A stretch of 35,874 bases of DNA, from assembly GCA_026025075.1 (NCBI GenBank), contig JAPEUI010000013.1:186001-221874 (forward strand), read 5' to 3'. The translations under genes were made by a program, and so were the position numbers. The notes under the pieces are model-generated. The model saw nothing but the letters and a program-made list of their open reading frames with translations. It was not told the origin of the DNA and ran no database searches. Of this stretch, positions 19,403 through 31,665 are shown piece by piece (within the stretch, counting starts at the first letter, position 1; each line of letters begins with the position of its first letter). Origin of the DNA: Vezdaea acicularis. Lineage: Eukaryota.

Positions 19403-22304
19403 TCATAAAGCATCTACTTCGTCATCCCAGCCCAACGCCGCGTAAATATCTCCCTCCTTCCCGTCCTCTTCTTCTACAATACTAGTACTCTTTCCTACCA
19501 AATCAGTCGCAAGTGTAGAAGGCATGGCCGCCGGAGCCGTTTTCACAGACATAAGCCTTGGCCGCTTCTTCGTTGGGGTGTCCTCAATGCTTAGCTCCAC
19601 CACTCTTTTGTCCGTCTCTGGAACTCTAGATCCTGCAGAGTCCGGCACGGCAGACTTCAGAGAGTTCCCAAGAGCGTTTCCCAGTGGCTGCTTCGTGGGC
19701 GTGTCGAAACATTCGAATAGCCGCTTCTGCGCCGCCGGCCTCTTGGACGCTGGGATTGGTGGGGAGCTCTTGGGTATAAACGCCGCCTTGGACGTGGATG
19801 AAGGAATCCGAGCTAGGCTTGACGGGGGGATAATGCCGGGCTCGTAAGCTTGCAGGCTAGCTCCAAAGGGAACACGCATGGGAGGAAGGGCATCCATGTT
19901 TCGATTGCCCCTTGGCGTGGCCATGACCTGCACGCCTGGTGCGAAGGGGTTCCGAACTGGCTTCTTCGCTTTTCTAGAGCCTGGTCCCGAGGCGAGAGTA
20001 CGCCGTTCTGCATTATCAACAAGGTCCTTGACTGCGAGCCCTCGATTTGGACGCTTCAGCGTGGAGATCGCAGCTTTGAGCTCTTCATCTACCTTCTTCT
20101 TCTGCATGAGCTTATCGACCCTAGCTTTAGGGATGCTAAGATCGACTTCCCGCTGGCTAAAGCGTTTAGTATTCAAGATGCCTGGGCGGCTGACCGTGGG
20201 GATGCTGGTTAGTAGTGTCTCGCTTCCTTCACGCTTTATGAAGGAGCGACTTCGTTGATGTTTTAGTGATGGCAGACTGTCCTCGAAACTTCCAGCAGGA
20301 GCTGTCATAGAGCGCGATAGACCGGGAGCTGTAGACGGTCTATCGTTTGATTGAGATCTCTTTTCATCGGTCAGCACTCGTTGACGAGTTCTTGGTGGCG
20401 GAGGTAGTTGGCGCTTGGCGGCATCTCCAGCGCGTGAAGTTACCTGTGAGGTGCTCGCAGATCTTTGTAGAGGCCGAGTGGATGTGGCTAATGTAGGTCC
20501 ACCGAGCTTTCTGTTAAGCGCTTTACAGATATCTTTGAGACGAGCGGAGAAACTGTACTTTAGTTAGGACAAGTGATAAATATCTTTGGTGATGCAAACC
20601 CACAAAGGTATTATGACTTCGACGCAGAAGTTTCGAAGCCTGTCGTTACTCATCCCCTTCGCTGGTGAACTCGAGCCGGGACCCTGTTGGGTTCCAGCTG
20701 GTTTTGACGCATCTAGGCTCTGTTGTTCGTTGTCAACGGACTGCCAAATACAAAGTCTATCGGCATGCATGTCCAAGGTGACCAAAAGATCCTGTTTTTT
20801 CCCAGGTCCATTCTTCCTCTTCACAGCTGTTGTATCCTCCTTCGTGGCGCCAGGTGGCCCTGTTTCCTCTTGTGCAACTTCCACATGATTCCGCAGCCAA
20901 AGGATTTCAAGGACCAAAATCATCTGCAACTGTGTCTCCCGAGCTTGTAACGAAGCAATTCGGCGTCGTTTCGCGTTCTCACGAGGATCAGTTGGTACTT
21001 CATCGTCGCTACCTTTCTTCCACCACTTCAAGATGTAGTTCTTCTCTTCAGGTAACAGCCCATCTCTTCCGAGCTTCGGCTTCTTCAGCTTCCGTTTCTT
21101 TGATCCCACGGTCTTTCCATCAGGCGTCTCCTCGCCCGAAGACCCATACACTGACACGTCCTGGACAAGCTCAGGAATAGTTTCTCGATACTTTTTACCA
21201 AACAAAGCCAAGGGAAGAACTCGAGTCTCTAAGAATTCGGCCAGTAGAGAAGTTGCTAATGGGGATTTTGGATCTCCAGTGAACGCAGAGCGGGCTCGCG
21301 AAAGTGGCCCCTTTGCAAAATAAGCTAAAGATGTCTAGATGAAACGTATCAGTCAGTTGTTAAAGCAATACCGTGAATGGAAGGAGCACACATTTGATAA
21401 ATACAATGCTTCTATATAACTCCCACGAATCATCTCGAGAACTTCATCCGGGGTTGGAAGTACCTCCGGAAGATCCGGCACAGGATGATGAGTAGGGAGG
21501 TTTGTTGAGCAGTCAACAGGGATATCTGCTAGATCTGACGGGGGGGGCGTGGGGATCGCTGAAACAGAAGTAGGCTTTCTCAACAATGACTGAATGCTCT
21601 CCACGCGTCGAAGCTTCTTTAACTGCCTCTTCTCTCGAGCCTCAGCCGAAACATTGTTCGGCGAGTGTGCGGGGAGGTCATTGTCAACATCTTGGTCACT
21701 CATCTCATTTTCCAATGCGATATGCTGGGTGTCAGGAGTGCTAAGCCAAGCGACTGCACGAAGCTTGGAGGCGTTCACCCAATTTCCCAGCGCACATATA
21801 GCATAGAGGCCACTCTCCACTCGCTCAATGGCGTAAAGAGCTTTCGTAGGTTCTAACTTCGCTATCAGGGTGCTAGGACCAAGGCTCCGAGCGTGATCAG
21901 GCGGCGGGAGGTCGAGAGCTTTAATATGAGCCGAGTAATGTTGACTTGAGGGTAGACCCAAGCTTCCAGCATCAATATATGACAAGGGGAGGTAGAGTCG
22001 AGACATGACACAAATTGGTGTCATCGTCCGTGGTCTCTCGTACATGGATGATGGATTTCGCTATGGTGGGGCATGTTAGCTATTGATCTAACCCAAAGCT
22101 TCAAAAAGGCATGCATACCCGCACTGAGAAAGGAGAGTCCCAGTTATCACCAGAAGATCCACTCGTTCGTTTTCTCTTCTTGGATGGTGTCGAGTGACTC
22201 CTCTTCTGGTTAAGAGAGTCTTCCGTAGCCGTGGACAGGATGCCGGTCTCGTAACGCGCTGTGCCCATTGCACGCGACATGATATCATATCCTGGCTCTG
22301 ACAT
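19403..22304 (-). CDS. SLD3: DNA replication initiation regulator Sld3 (4 exons: 22304-22119, 22060-21392, 21334-20604, 20552-19403; ~911 aa; alternative start 22280)
   Basis: Spliced product contains Y.EALYLS.TSLAYFAKGPLSRAR, RETQLQMILVLE, LD.HADRLCIWQS and FCVEVIIPFFSARL...LGG (Sld3 core), plus a C-terminal tail with VMATP and TPTK CDK-type sites. Confidence 0.9.
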
Positions 22305-22456
22305 GATAGCAAATCGAAAGAGGACAAAAGCATTCTTGAAGGTTTGAGGGTCTACGAAAAGACCTGCCAACACTCGTAACCCAAATTGTCACAATTTGTT
22401 CTGGAGAGGCGGAATATTGGTACAGATGGCAGGTAGAAAGTCGCGACTTGATCTAT

Positions 22457-22545
22457 CACGTGCCTAGCGGGAAGCTAACTCCAAAAGGGGCGAAGCGAGG
22501 CGACACCAACACGAAATTTATGAAGACCCTCAATCGCCGACGCGT
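22457..22545. promoter_or_regulatory. Candidate elements in the SLD3/PHD-gene divergent promoter: CACGTG (22457-22462), SCB-type CACGAAA (22510-22516), MCB ACGCGT (22540-22545)
   Basis: Motifs seen directly. Function is inferred from yeast SBF/MBF consensus; short motifs also occur by chance. Confidence 0.4.
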
Positions 22546-22735
22546 TTAGGTTCACTTCCGACGTTGCTGAGCTTCATACGACTTTCGTGGACTATTTGGC
22601 TTCACAACTTCGCTCACAACGAATACTGTACTTCCCTTTGGCTCTTCATGGAGCTGTTTACAACCTGATACCTTCATTCGCGTAGCTTCTTGCCACCATT
22701 AGCCATCCTATTGCCCTACCATTAAGAGAATCGCA

Positions 22736-25661
22736 ATGCGGTCAAGAAAGCGGGGCCGGGAAGAGATGGAGGCGGAGAAAGCTCCTCCGGAAGTGACCAC
22801 CCTCACGCGCCTCCGGAACATGTGGCAGTTTGCAAATCTAGTGCAATATCTATACATCTTCGGCAAGGCTATAAGAATCGAAGACGATATCGACATAGAG
22901 GTACAGACCCTAGCAGCACATTTGAAGATCCATCTTGAAGACCGCTTGAACTAGCGCAAATTCGAGACATTCCTGCTGACGAACTATGGATCGCAGGAGC
23001 TCGAACGAGAATGCTTATCACCAACGCCGTCAGAGAAACTTTCGGCCATTGGCCTTGCCCTTCTCAAGACTATCTCCTCGCATCGTGGGCTGACGTCAGT
23101 TTTCAACTCTCGGACGATGACTTCCTTTCGCTGACGGTCATAATCTAGTCCGGAGATATTTGATGAGTATACGCGCCGTCAATTTGTTGCAAAGCGACCT
23201 CACCAAAACCCTTTCGGCGAGGATGAAAAGCCCAGATCCTTCCGGGACTTTGATATCTTTACAAAGGTAACTTATATGAGACTGAGTTCTTACACAGCCA
23301 TCACTAATAGTTTACCATTTCAAGATACGGGTTCTATACCAGCTCACGCAATGGACGATGTTACACCCCGAAAGACTGAAAGAGAAGATGGGTGACACAA
23401 CTGAACAGGAACTTTGGGTAAATATGGCCTCTCTGTCGTAGATGATTCCGAACCGCAGCTAATTCTAACGCTGCTCAGCGCATTGAGCCAATGGGGTGGG
23501 ATAAGCACGATCGCACCTACTATATCCTTGATGACAATCGTCTTTATCGTCGGACTGAACCGGCTCCGCCTCCACAAGCAGCAGCAAAGCCTAAAGCTAA
23601 CTCTAAGAAAGCGAAGGCTGCAGCCCGGGCTAGTAAGCGTCAAAGGTTATCTGAGGTTGTCAATGATGCAGATGGCGAAGAGAGTGGAGCATCCGTGCCC
23701 CCTGAGACCGAAGTAGATGATGACGGCTTTGGTGGGGCTACATGGGAATGTATGGCAGTAACGTTGGAGGACTTCCTTATCATAAGGGACAAGTTACAAG
23801 GCGTGAGGGATCCGAACGAGAAAGTCCTGCGTGAAAGGCTTTTGAACGAGGTCTTACCCGTCATTGAGAAAGCCGCTGAGGAACAGAAGAGAAAAGCGTT
23901 AAAGCGAGAGAAGGAGCTTTTGAATCTGGAAAAGCTTGCTGGTGCGAAGAGATCAAGCCGGTTGGCCGGCAAGCAACAGCGAGAGAAGGAAGAGGCGGAT
24001 GCTGCAGAAGCTGAACGAAAGAGACTGGCAGACATTGCAATGGCCAAAAAGGAAGAAGAGAAGATGCAGAAGAGGGAGCTCGTAAGTTGTCGTGACTGTG
24101 TTATCAGATATCTACTAAGATGTGCTGCAGGAACGAGAATCAAGATTGCAAACTCGTGAACAACGGGCAAAAGAGCGTGAAGCACGTCGTATCCTCCTCG
24201 AGGAAGAGCTCGCCAACCTCTCTGAGGAAGGCAAAAAGCTTGACGCTGGTGAAGCTCGCATATCTGAGCGTCAACTCAAGGCCAACGAGGAGAAGCGTAA
24301 GCAGGCTCTAGAGGAACTTGGTGAAGAAGACTGGGTGTTCGACTGTGCTGGTTGCGGGAAATACGGGGAGAACTATGTACGTTGCTTGATTTTGACTGAA
24401 TATCTTACTGTTGCTGACAGCACGTTAGGACGACGGCACAAACATCATTGCTTGCGATAAGTGCAACGTCTGGCAGCACCTTGCGTGTCTTGGCATCGGC
24501 CAAGCAACTGCCAACAAACCAGACTTCACTTTCGTATGTAAGCTTTGCATACGCAAAGCTGAAGATGCAAAGAAAGCGGCTGCTCATCCTCCCCTCAAGA
24601 TTAAATTCAAGGGGCTCTCATCAAGTCCTCCGTCCGCAGATGCTCATGCCAAAGCAAACGGACAGCCCACCTCTTCTCAGGCTCCTGGTTCTCCATCGTC
24701 GCATCTTGTCGTTGGCCATTCAAATGGCATATCTCCTAAGCTAGAAGCTGGGGCATCGCATACTCCCGGAATAAGGCCCAGTGATCTTCATATCTCCAGC
24801 GTACCGAGCTTAACCCCATCCGGCCAACATCAACCCACTCAGACCTTCTCTCATAATAGCACTTTGCACGGCTCCCCCTTCCCCACACCAGGAACGCAGA
24901 CCCAGATCCTCCCACCATCAATAGGACATAGTTTCAACGATCGAAATGGAAGCTACACATCTTCGCTACAAGCCGGTGGCAGCTCTCACCCGGACCAAAC
25001 CCCAAAGAATAACGCCTCTTACACCTTACCGCCTGCAATTTCCCCCGAGAAGCACGTTATCCAAAATGGCACTCAACCGCATGGTAATTCCTTTCATACT
25101 TCGCCCGCCTCAACCTTCCCTACAAAAACTGAAGGTGCTGCCGTCTCAGCGAAGAAGTCGCCTCCTCACCCCTCATCATCCCCTTTCCAGAATATTAACA
25201 ACAAAGAATCCGCTCGTCTAAATCTCTCGCCACCAACCCGCTCACCACATACGTCAAACCGCGCTCTTCCCCCTCCTACGCAAATCGGTCTCGGCCTGGG
25301 TCGCTCACCGGAGAAACATCCTTCGCCACCGCCTCATCCCCTAAATAGTGCATCGAGTGTAGCCCCTCCTTCGTCCGCGGAGTTCTCTCCGGCAAAACAG
25401 ACACCATCAAAGACCCATACCCCCGGGTATAACGGGACAGCACAACTCGCGCAGCTGCCAAACTCGTCAGCGATCCAGAATGTCGGCGTGATACCTCCTG
25501 CAGAGGCTGGCCTATCGCCCACGAAACAAACCCCCACAAAGACCCAGCCTGCTGGGATTAGGGCTCAGCATCGAGAAGTCATGCCGCAAGGAAAGACGGA
25601 GCTCAGTCCGACGCCGATGGATCTCGATCTTACGCCACCGGAGAAGAAGGAGATTAGTTGA
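22736..25661 (+). CDS. DDT/WHIM-type plus PHD-finger chromatin protein, likely an ISWI accessory subunit (RSF1-like) (7 exons: 22736-22900, 22997-23094, 23149-23266, 23325-23417, 23479-24081, 24131-24376, 24429-25661; ~851 aa)
   Basis: Six GT-AG introns give one frame. LRNMWQFANLVQYLYIFG (DDT-like), FDIFTKIRVLYQL (WHIM1-like), WRIEPMGWD..RTYYILDDNRLYR (WHIM2/WSD-like), a coiled coil, and a C4HC3 PHD (DCAGC..IACDKCNVWQH.AC..FVCKLC). Confidence 0.82.
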
Positions 25662-28600
25662 GGCCTAGGGGAGGGTAATCGATCCACACTTTTCTCCTCC
25701 AGCCGCGAGATCTATAGGGGTGTCGGAAGCAGTCATAGATCCGGCGTTGGTGCCCTGCCTATCGAGAGGGGTTTGCCTTACGAATTCATCGGCGACGAAA
25801 AAGTATACCACAGTACGTGACAGCACTTGAATTCAGTAATTTGCTCATGCATGATCAAGTTGGACGGCTCTGGCGACGCAAAAAGTGCATTCGATGCGTC
25901 ACTACAATGTAGTATCTGAAAAAATATAGACGCATTAGGGTTAGACCTCATATTTTTGCGAGGTGTTCTGTGTAACAAGAGGTTGCCGTAGAATAGCATC
26001 TCACGTGAACAGTGACCCAATACTATTTTATCAGTTTCTCGAAAGTGGCTAGGCCTGGAATGTTTGCTTCGGGGAATGCTTGTTTGCAGCGATTGCTGGA
26101 CGTGGGGTTGGTCCACATTCCTCGCTACCACACCCTCCGGCGTGAAATCTCGTGAGCAGTTTTTGGAAGTGAACAATACACTCCTCTCGATCGCAAGATC
26201 GGCTGGATAATCCGGAGGAGGCTGGAGTCCCACATCTCGAGCAGTCCATTGCCGATCAGGCTGCCCCTGAGATGGGGGTCACTCATCCAGCAACGGCCGA
26301 TCGGCCACTGCCGGAACAGTCAATTAGCTTACGGAAACCGTCAGACAGCCAGTAAGTTTATGACGAACTCGTTCCCAAAACTCATCGAAGCTAGATCGCG
26401 AGCAAGCCGGCTTGACAACTACCCGTAGCCAAGTACAGAAATCGTACAGTCAAGCTTTCAGCTATGTGGACAGCCAACCGCCCAATCTCAGGGACGATTC
26501 ATAACGGCATCTAGTCTCGGTGACTAGGGAATCAAGCCGACCGAGGAAGCGCTAAAGACGGCCTGCGAAGGCTTGTAGTTGCTCTGTTACATGAAATTGC
26601 CTAAATGTTAGTCACCTTAGTGTTTCCTCTAACCATGGAAGCAAGTGTCAATGGCCTTTCGTGGCGCTTCACGGGCACCGGAGAATAACTGAAACTCCGA
26701 GTCCGCGCGCTTGCCACCGGATTTTTCATTGATGATCTCTCAAAGAGGTGATTAGATCACTCGTGATCGATTCCCGTCTCCGGACATCAGAAGAGTAGCG
26801 CAGTAAGCGATTGGGCGCCAAAGAGACCGGAGTGTGCACGGACAGGGATGGCGCCCACGAGCGCAAGGCAACTGGAACCTTTCTTCTTCGATCTCTCTGC
26901 AATGAGATGTTCGCAGAAGGTATGGATGCACAGTGGCGTCAATTGACAGCGTGGGCGTCTCGAGGTTTTGCGGAGACTAGGCCCATAGACGAGCACTACT
27001 GAGCTTCACACAATCGAGCCTCGCCTCCATATGCCTTAGGCCCACTTTCAAATTCTTCTCCAGCCCAAGTGGCGTGCCTGGGCCAGCATTACCCGCAGAT
27101 CACTGGACCTCATATGCATGCGGGGTCGCCGAGGGTTCAGGGGTCGTTACGCTATAGTGACTGCCGATCAGGAGAGACGCAGGCTTGAGCAGGAGGCCAG
27201 CCGGTTCGAAAGTTTCACATGTTAATCATCCAGGCACACTCATCCGTCTTCGCATGTGCCGAACGGTAAGGCTCTTCTTTCTGTGATGTAGGCAATGGGG
27301 AGAACTGCCGTTTCTGGCCTGTGGCGGCTCTCCAGCTAAATATTTGAAGTCGAAACAAGGCATACTGAATATATTCAGCCGATCAAGCTACGGGTTAGGT
27401 TTTGCGTCGTTGCCTTGGTGGGATCTGGAATAGAGTGAGCCTAGGAGCTGGGCGGTGAGTACGATTGGTAGCTACTCTCGGATCCTGTGCCGACCAGTGG
27501 GAGCAGGCGGGGAAGTGCGTGCCCTATGTGGATGTCCAAACAAGTATGGTGCTATTCCTAAAGCGCTATGCCGGATCTGCCGTATGCCGGTGTCAATGTT
27601 GGCGCCGGTTGGCTGCAGCTGTCCAGCAACGGCAGCAGCTTGATCCTGAGCCTGCTCTAGCTTCCATGGATTGTACTGCAACATTTCCGCTTTCACGTTA
27701 TCTCTTCGAGTACAGCTCCACATGCGTCTTTCCCCAAGAGGGTAAAGTGGCCAACGGAATGAGAGGAGGCGAGGAATGCCGACAATTCCGCATTTGTCTG
27801 CGGCTGGTACGTCCGACGCTGCCGTAGCCGTAGATCAACGTGTCTTCCCAGATGAAGTGGCCTTTAGCTGCTGCTTCTCATCTGCGAACGGGTAGGTATA
27901 GGCTTAGCCTAATCATGATAGCTAGTCACTCGTTTGCAGTTGGTATCGTCTCGACCGCCATTAGATTTAGTACCAAGTGAGGAAGATAACTTGGCTACCT
28001 CATGGGTGAGCTAATCGAGCGATGGCTAAGGGAGCCTCCATGATTTTTCTGTTGCTTTCGGCGTCTCGACCACGATCCCGAGATGTTAGCCGGCCCTCCC
28101 CATAATGTCACTTTAAGGCCTAGTCCAATGCGCCGTGGCGCCGACATGGGTGAGGTTCCGTTTTCAACCGCCAGATTTTAGGGGACCAGATGCATGCAGA
28201 GCCATTTTGCAGTCGATATATAGCGGCTAGCAATGATCGCAGTGACCCGGCTCTGAGGTTCGTTATACTCACAATCCTGGTACTTAATAGGCTGGACACC
28301 TTGCTCCCTCGAGGCAGTACTGAGAAACAAAGTCTTGCCCACATCTATTCCATAGATTTCTTCTAGCCCACAACTTGCATAGCGGCGCTCCCTGAGCAGA
28401 CAAAGAAATTATCTGAGACTGTATCAGCATCGGCAAACCTGCATCAGTCTTACGCACTGTAGTCCCCAGGAGCATTTAGACATACCTAGCAACTTTCCCC
28501 AAGAGCTAGGCACATAGCGCATGACGGGTATCTGCTAGAGGTTCGTCCCAGCCCTTATCAACTTCTCAACATTTCTTTCCAAACAAAAGACAAACACCCC

Positions 28601-29149
28601 CCCGTCCGATTACTTCTGGGACATAGACCTTACATGTTTACGAAATATTCAGAACTGGAGCGCCACTGAATCAAATTTCTTCTTCAAGAAGCTTGATAGA
28701 AGCCGCCAGAAAAGCCTTCCACGTTTTCGCTGATTCAGCCAACTCTCTTGTCGCATCTTACAAGTCTCCCGACCGCATTAGTAGTCGGCACCAGCTTCAT
28801 TAACGGCGAGTTTAGCAGAACAGAGTGCCGTGGTAAGGCTCAGGACTCAGACTATTAGGGTTAGCGATCGCAGGCCAACGGAAAGGACAGTTGACTTAAC
28901 TTCACCTTTTTACCCCAGTACTAGGGCTTAATATCTCGACAAAGCCCTATCCGACAGTGTATGCTATTAGCGCCCCACGGACTACGTTCTCTGTCCTCTG
29001 CGTACACTATAAGTCATATATCCATACTCTAGCTACTACCTTCGATTCAAAGCTAGTCGCTTGGGAAAAGTAAGTTCTTTATCAGAAGACCCACGTCTCA
29101 AAGCCATTCATCTCTGTGCTTCTTGGTCAATATCTGATGGCTTGAAGTT

Positions 29150-31014
29150 ATGCTAGACGCAGAGATGGTCAAACGTATACCACTCTCGCCTCCTCCTTCC
29201 AATGACGAGAAGCTGCAATACAGGTTGCATTATTTAGCGCAGCATGATGCGCAATACAGTAACGAGAACAACCAGCATTTCGAGGATGGCAATCAGATAC
29301 ACTCTGGTCAGCGATCGGCTTATAGCTCGCCTGGGCTTACGTCGAGACCGTTTGTTCAGCGACAGCTGCCCCGTCACCACTCAGCATATCTCGAGGACTC
29401 GCAAATGTATAAGGAAAGGATTGTGACCACAAGACCAGATGTATGAATGCTACCACTGGCAAGCCCCAGCCCGGCCTAACGTTTATTAGTATCCTTACAT
29501 CGAGTACCACAATAATCTTAGTCAAGGGTTGCCCGTAAGCTTCCCTCCAGTGATTGGACGGTTATGTAAGGGCACTAACGGATGTAGAACGGCGATTATT
29601 CTCTCTCTAGCCAACACTTTGGCCAGCCTCAGAGCATACCGTACACATCAGCTCCAAGCTCCCATCATGACGTAAGTCTTCGCTGCATTAGTGATGCCAG
29701 CAGTCGCTAAGAAGTTAGTATTTACCGAATGGAGTACAATTCGAGACTCCTCTTACGCCAATGTCAACGGACCACAATAGCGATGTTCGACGAACAAGGA
29801 GTGGACGCCGAATAGGGGAGCCTATTTCGGGCCAGTCCAGCAAGAATTTATCGCGTAAAAGTGACAATGAAACCAAACCTGCAAAGTCAAGAAATTCTAA
29901 GCAGGCAAAAGGAGACAGATCGAAGATCCCAAAACTCACGGCTCCTTTGAGCGAGCTAACTGAAGGATACTCTCACGTTCCTGTAAAGAATATGGAGGAG
30001 TGGGTCAATCGCCCAGTAGAGGTCCGTAGAAGGGAGGTCGAAGATCGCAAAGGATACGTCACTAGGCCAATGAATTCTTTCATGTTATATCGGTCAGCGT
30101 ATGCTGATAGGACAAAGCTCTGGTGTCTTCAGAACAATCATCAAGTGGTATCAACAGTCAGTGGCGAGAGCTGGCCTCTAGAGAGCGAAGAGATTCGTGA
30201 AAAGTATAACGAGTACGCGAAGATCGAACGAAATAACCATCAAATTGCGCATCCTGGATACAAGTTCTCGCCAAGCAAGGCGCAGAACCCACGAAAACGA
30301 AGAATGTCCGAGGAAGAAGAATCAGAGCTGAGCGATCTTGACGACTTCGACAGCGAGTACGGCACGACAAGGAAATCTAAAGGTAGACCGAGGTCTAGCA
30401 AGAAACAAGGAAAAGAAGCAGGTTACCCTGCATATAGTGCTTATATTAATCGATCACAAGAGCCTGTGGGTGGGCCCAACATATCCTCTTATGAATTCAC
30501 AAACCCTGGGAAGCCGCTCCCAGCTCCAATTGATGGTAATGATCTGTATAATCAATATTACCAGACGAGTATATACCCGCACTCAACGAATCCGAGCATC
30601 TCGGACGTAAAGATGAAGCCAACAAATCGGCCTGAGTTCAGCAGTTCGAGTTCTCTCATAGGCCTTCCCGGGGGGTACCATCCCGACCTTTTTCAAAACA
30701 GGCCATATTCTGATATGAATATGAGTATGGAAGAGGGTAAAGTAGATCCGTTGTTACTTGCATTAGATGATACCCAACTTCACGACAGCTCGCCGTTAGG
30801 TGGCAGTCTGGGAGGAGCGGACATCCGTCCACGGGACGACACACCAAGCTCGGTAATGGATGAGTACTCCTCAGTTGATAACATGAATGCACATCTAGGC
30901 AACTATCGGCAGCCACACGCGTACCAATCGGGTGCACACCTCTTCCCTGATCATAAAAACCACTGGCATAGTGATCTCGAACACGGATCAGAGTTCGACA
31001 AATGGGTCGAATGA
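29150..31014 (+). CDS. MATA-type HMG-box transcription factor, Ste11/FMF-1-like (4 exons: 29150-29440, 29490-29534, 29588-29671, 29719-31014; ~571 aa)
   Basis: HMG box VTRPMNSFMLYRSAY..NNHQVVS..GESW..E..REKY...ER.NH..AHPGYKFSPSK, preceded by LTAPLSELT...RR.EVE. Three phase-0 introns with branch points join the upstream exons. Subfamily is from recall, not from a search. Confidence 0.82.
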
Positions 31015-31665
31015 CTTTGAAGATACTTAGACCTGGAGGTATTTTGACATTTCTCATGATTATCGCCGTGATTTGCTGGTGGATAGCGTTGGCTCTTTGA
31101 GTTGTTGATATATCTTTGTGATATAGAAGAGTGGCAGTAAATAGCTCTATTATAGGATCTCGAAAGCTTCGATAAACTCCAGAGATATCAGGACCTTCTC
31201 CTTGATGTTTCTTAGCAGGGGAAGCTATGTTTTTCTTTGTGACTGGTATTGGTCGTGGAGTTAGGGTTTTCAATATATATATCCACCGTGGATATAACGA
31301 AGCCTATGCGTAAAGACGTGCCATAATGATGCCAAGTGATCGGCCGTTAGCCAAAAGGTGAAACATACTTCATTAGGGTCGATTTTCCTGGCCACGCACG
31401 GACTGATGGAGTATCGAGGTAGAGTCTTACGAGATTCATTGAGAAGCGCTGGCTCGGAATCAATGCATCGGTTCCTTTGGTTACTACGCTGCGCCTCGCG
31501 TTGACTCGTCGAGTCTCGGCTAATTTCCATGGAACGACTCCAGCTGGTAGCGCTTCCAGATCTTACCAGTCATCCACCTTTACCAAACAACGCTGTGAGG
31601 AAGCAGCTTGAGACATTCGTCTCCCAACAAGGGAGCTACATGTCTCTACGTGCAAGAAAGTTGAT

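Noticed and set aside
27195..27215. GGTTCGAA resembling a tRNA T-loop/B-box
   Set aside because: No T-stem closure, acceptor stem or A-box around it.
25778..28475. Short ORFs in the PHD-HMG intergenic region, or a possible transposon relic
   Set aside because: No transposase/RT motifs, terminal repeats or RIP-like AT-rich signature, and no coherent exon chain.
29761..31014. Possible MAT1-2-1 mating-type gene or MAT locus
   Set aside because: The HMG box lacks the conserved MAT1-2-1 intron, has Ste11/FMF-1-like features (NHQVVS), and APN2/SLA2 are not in the flanks.
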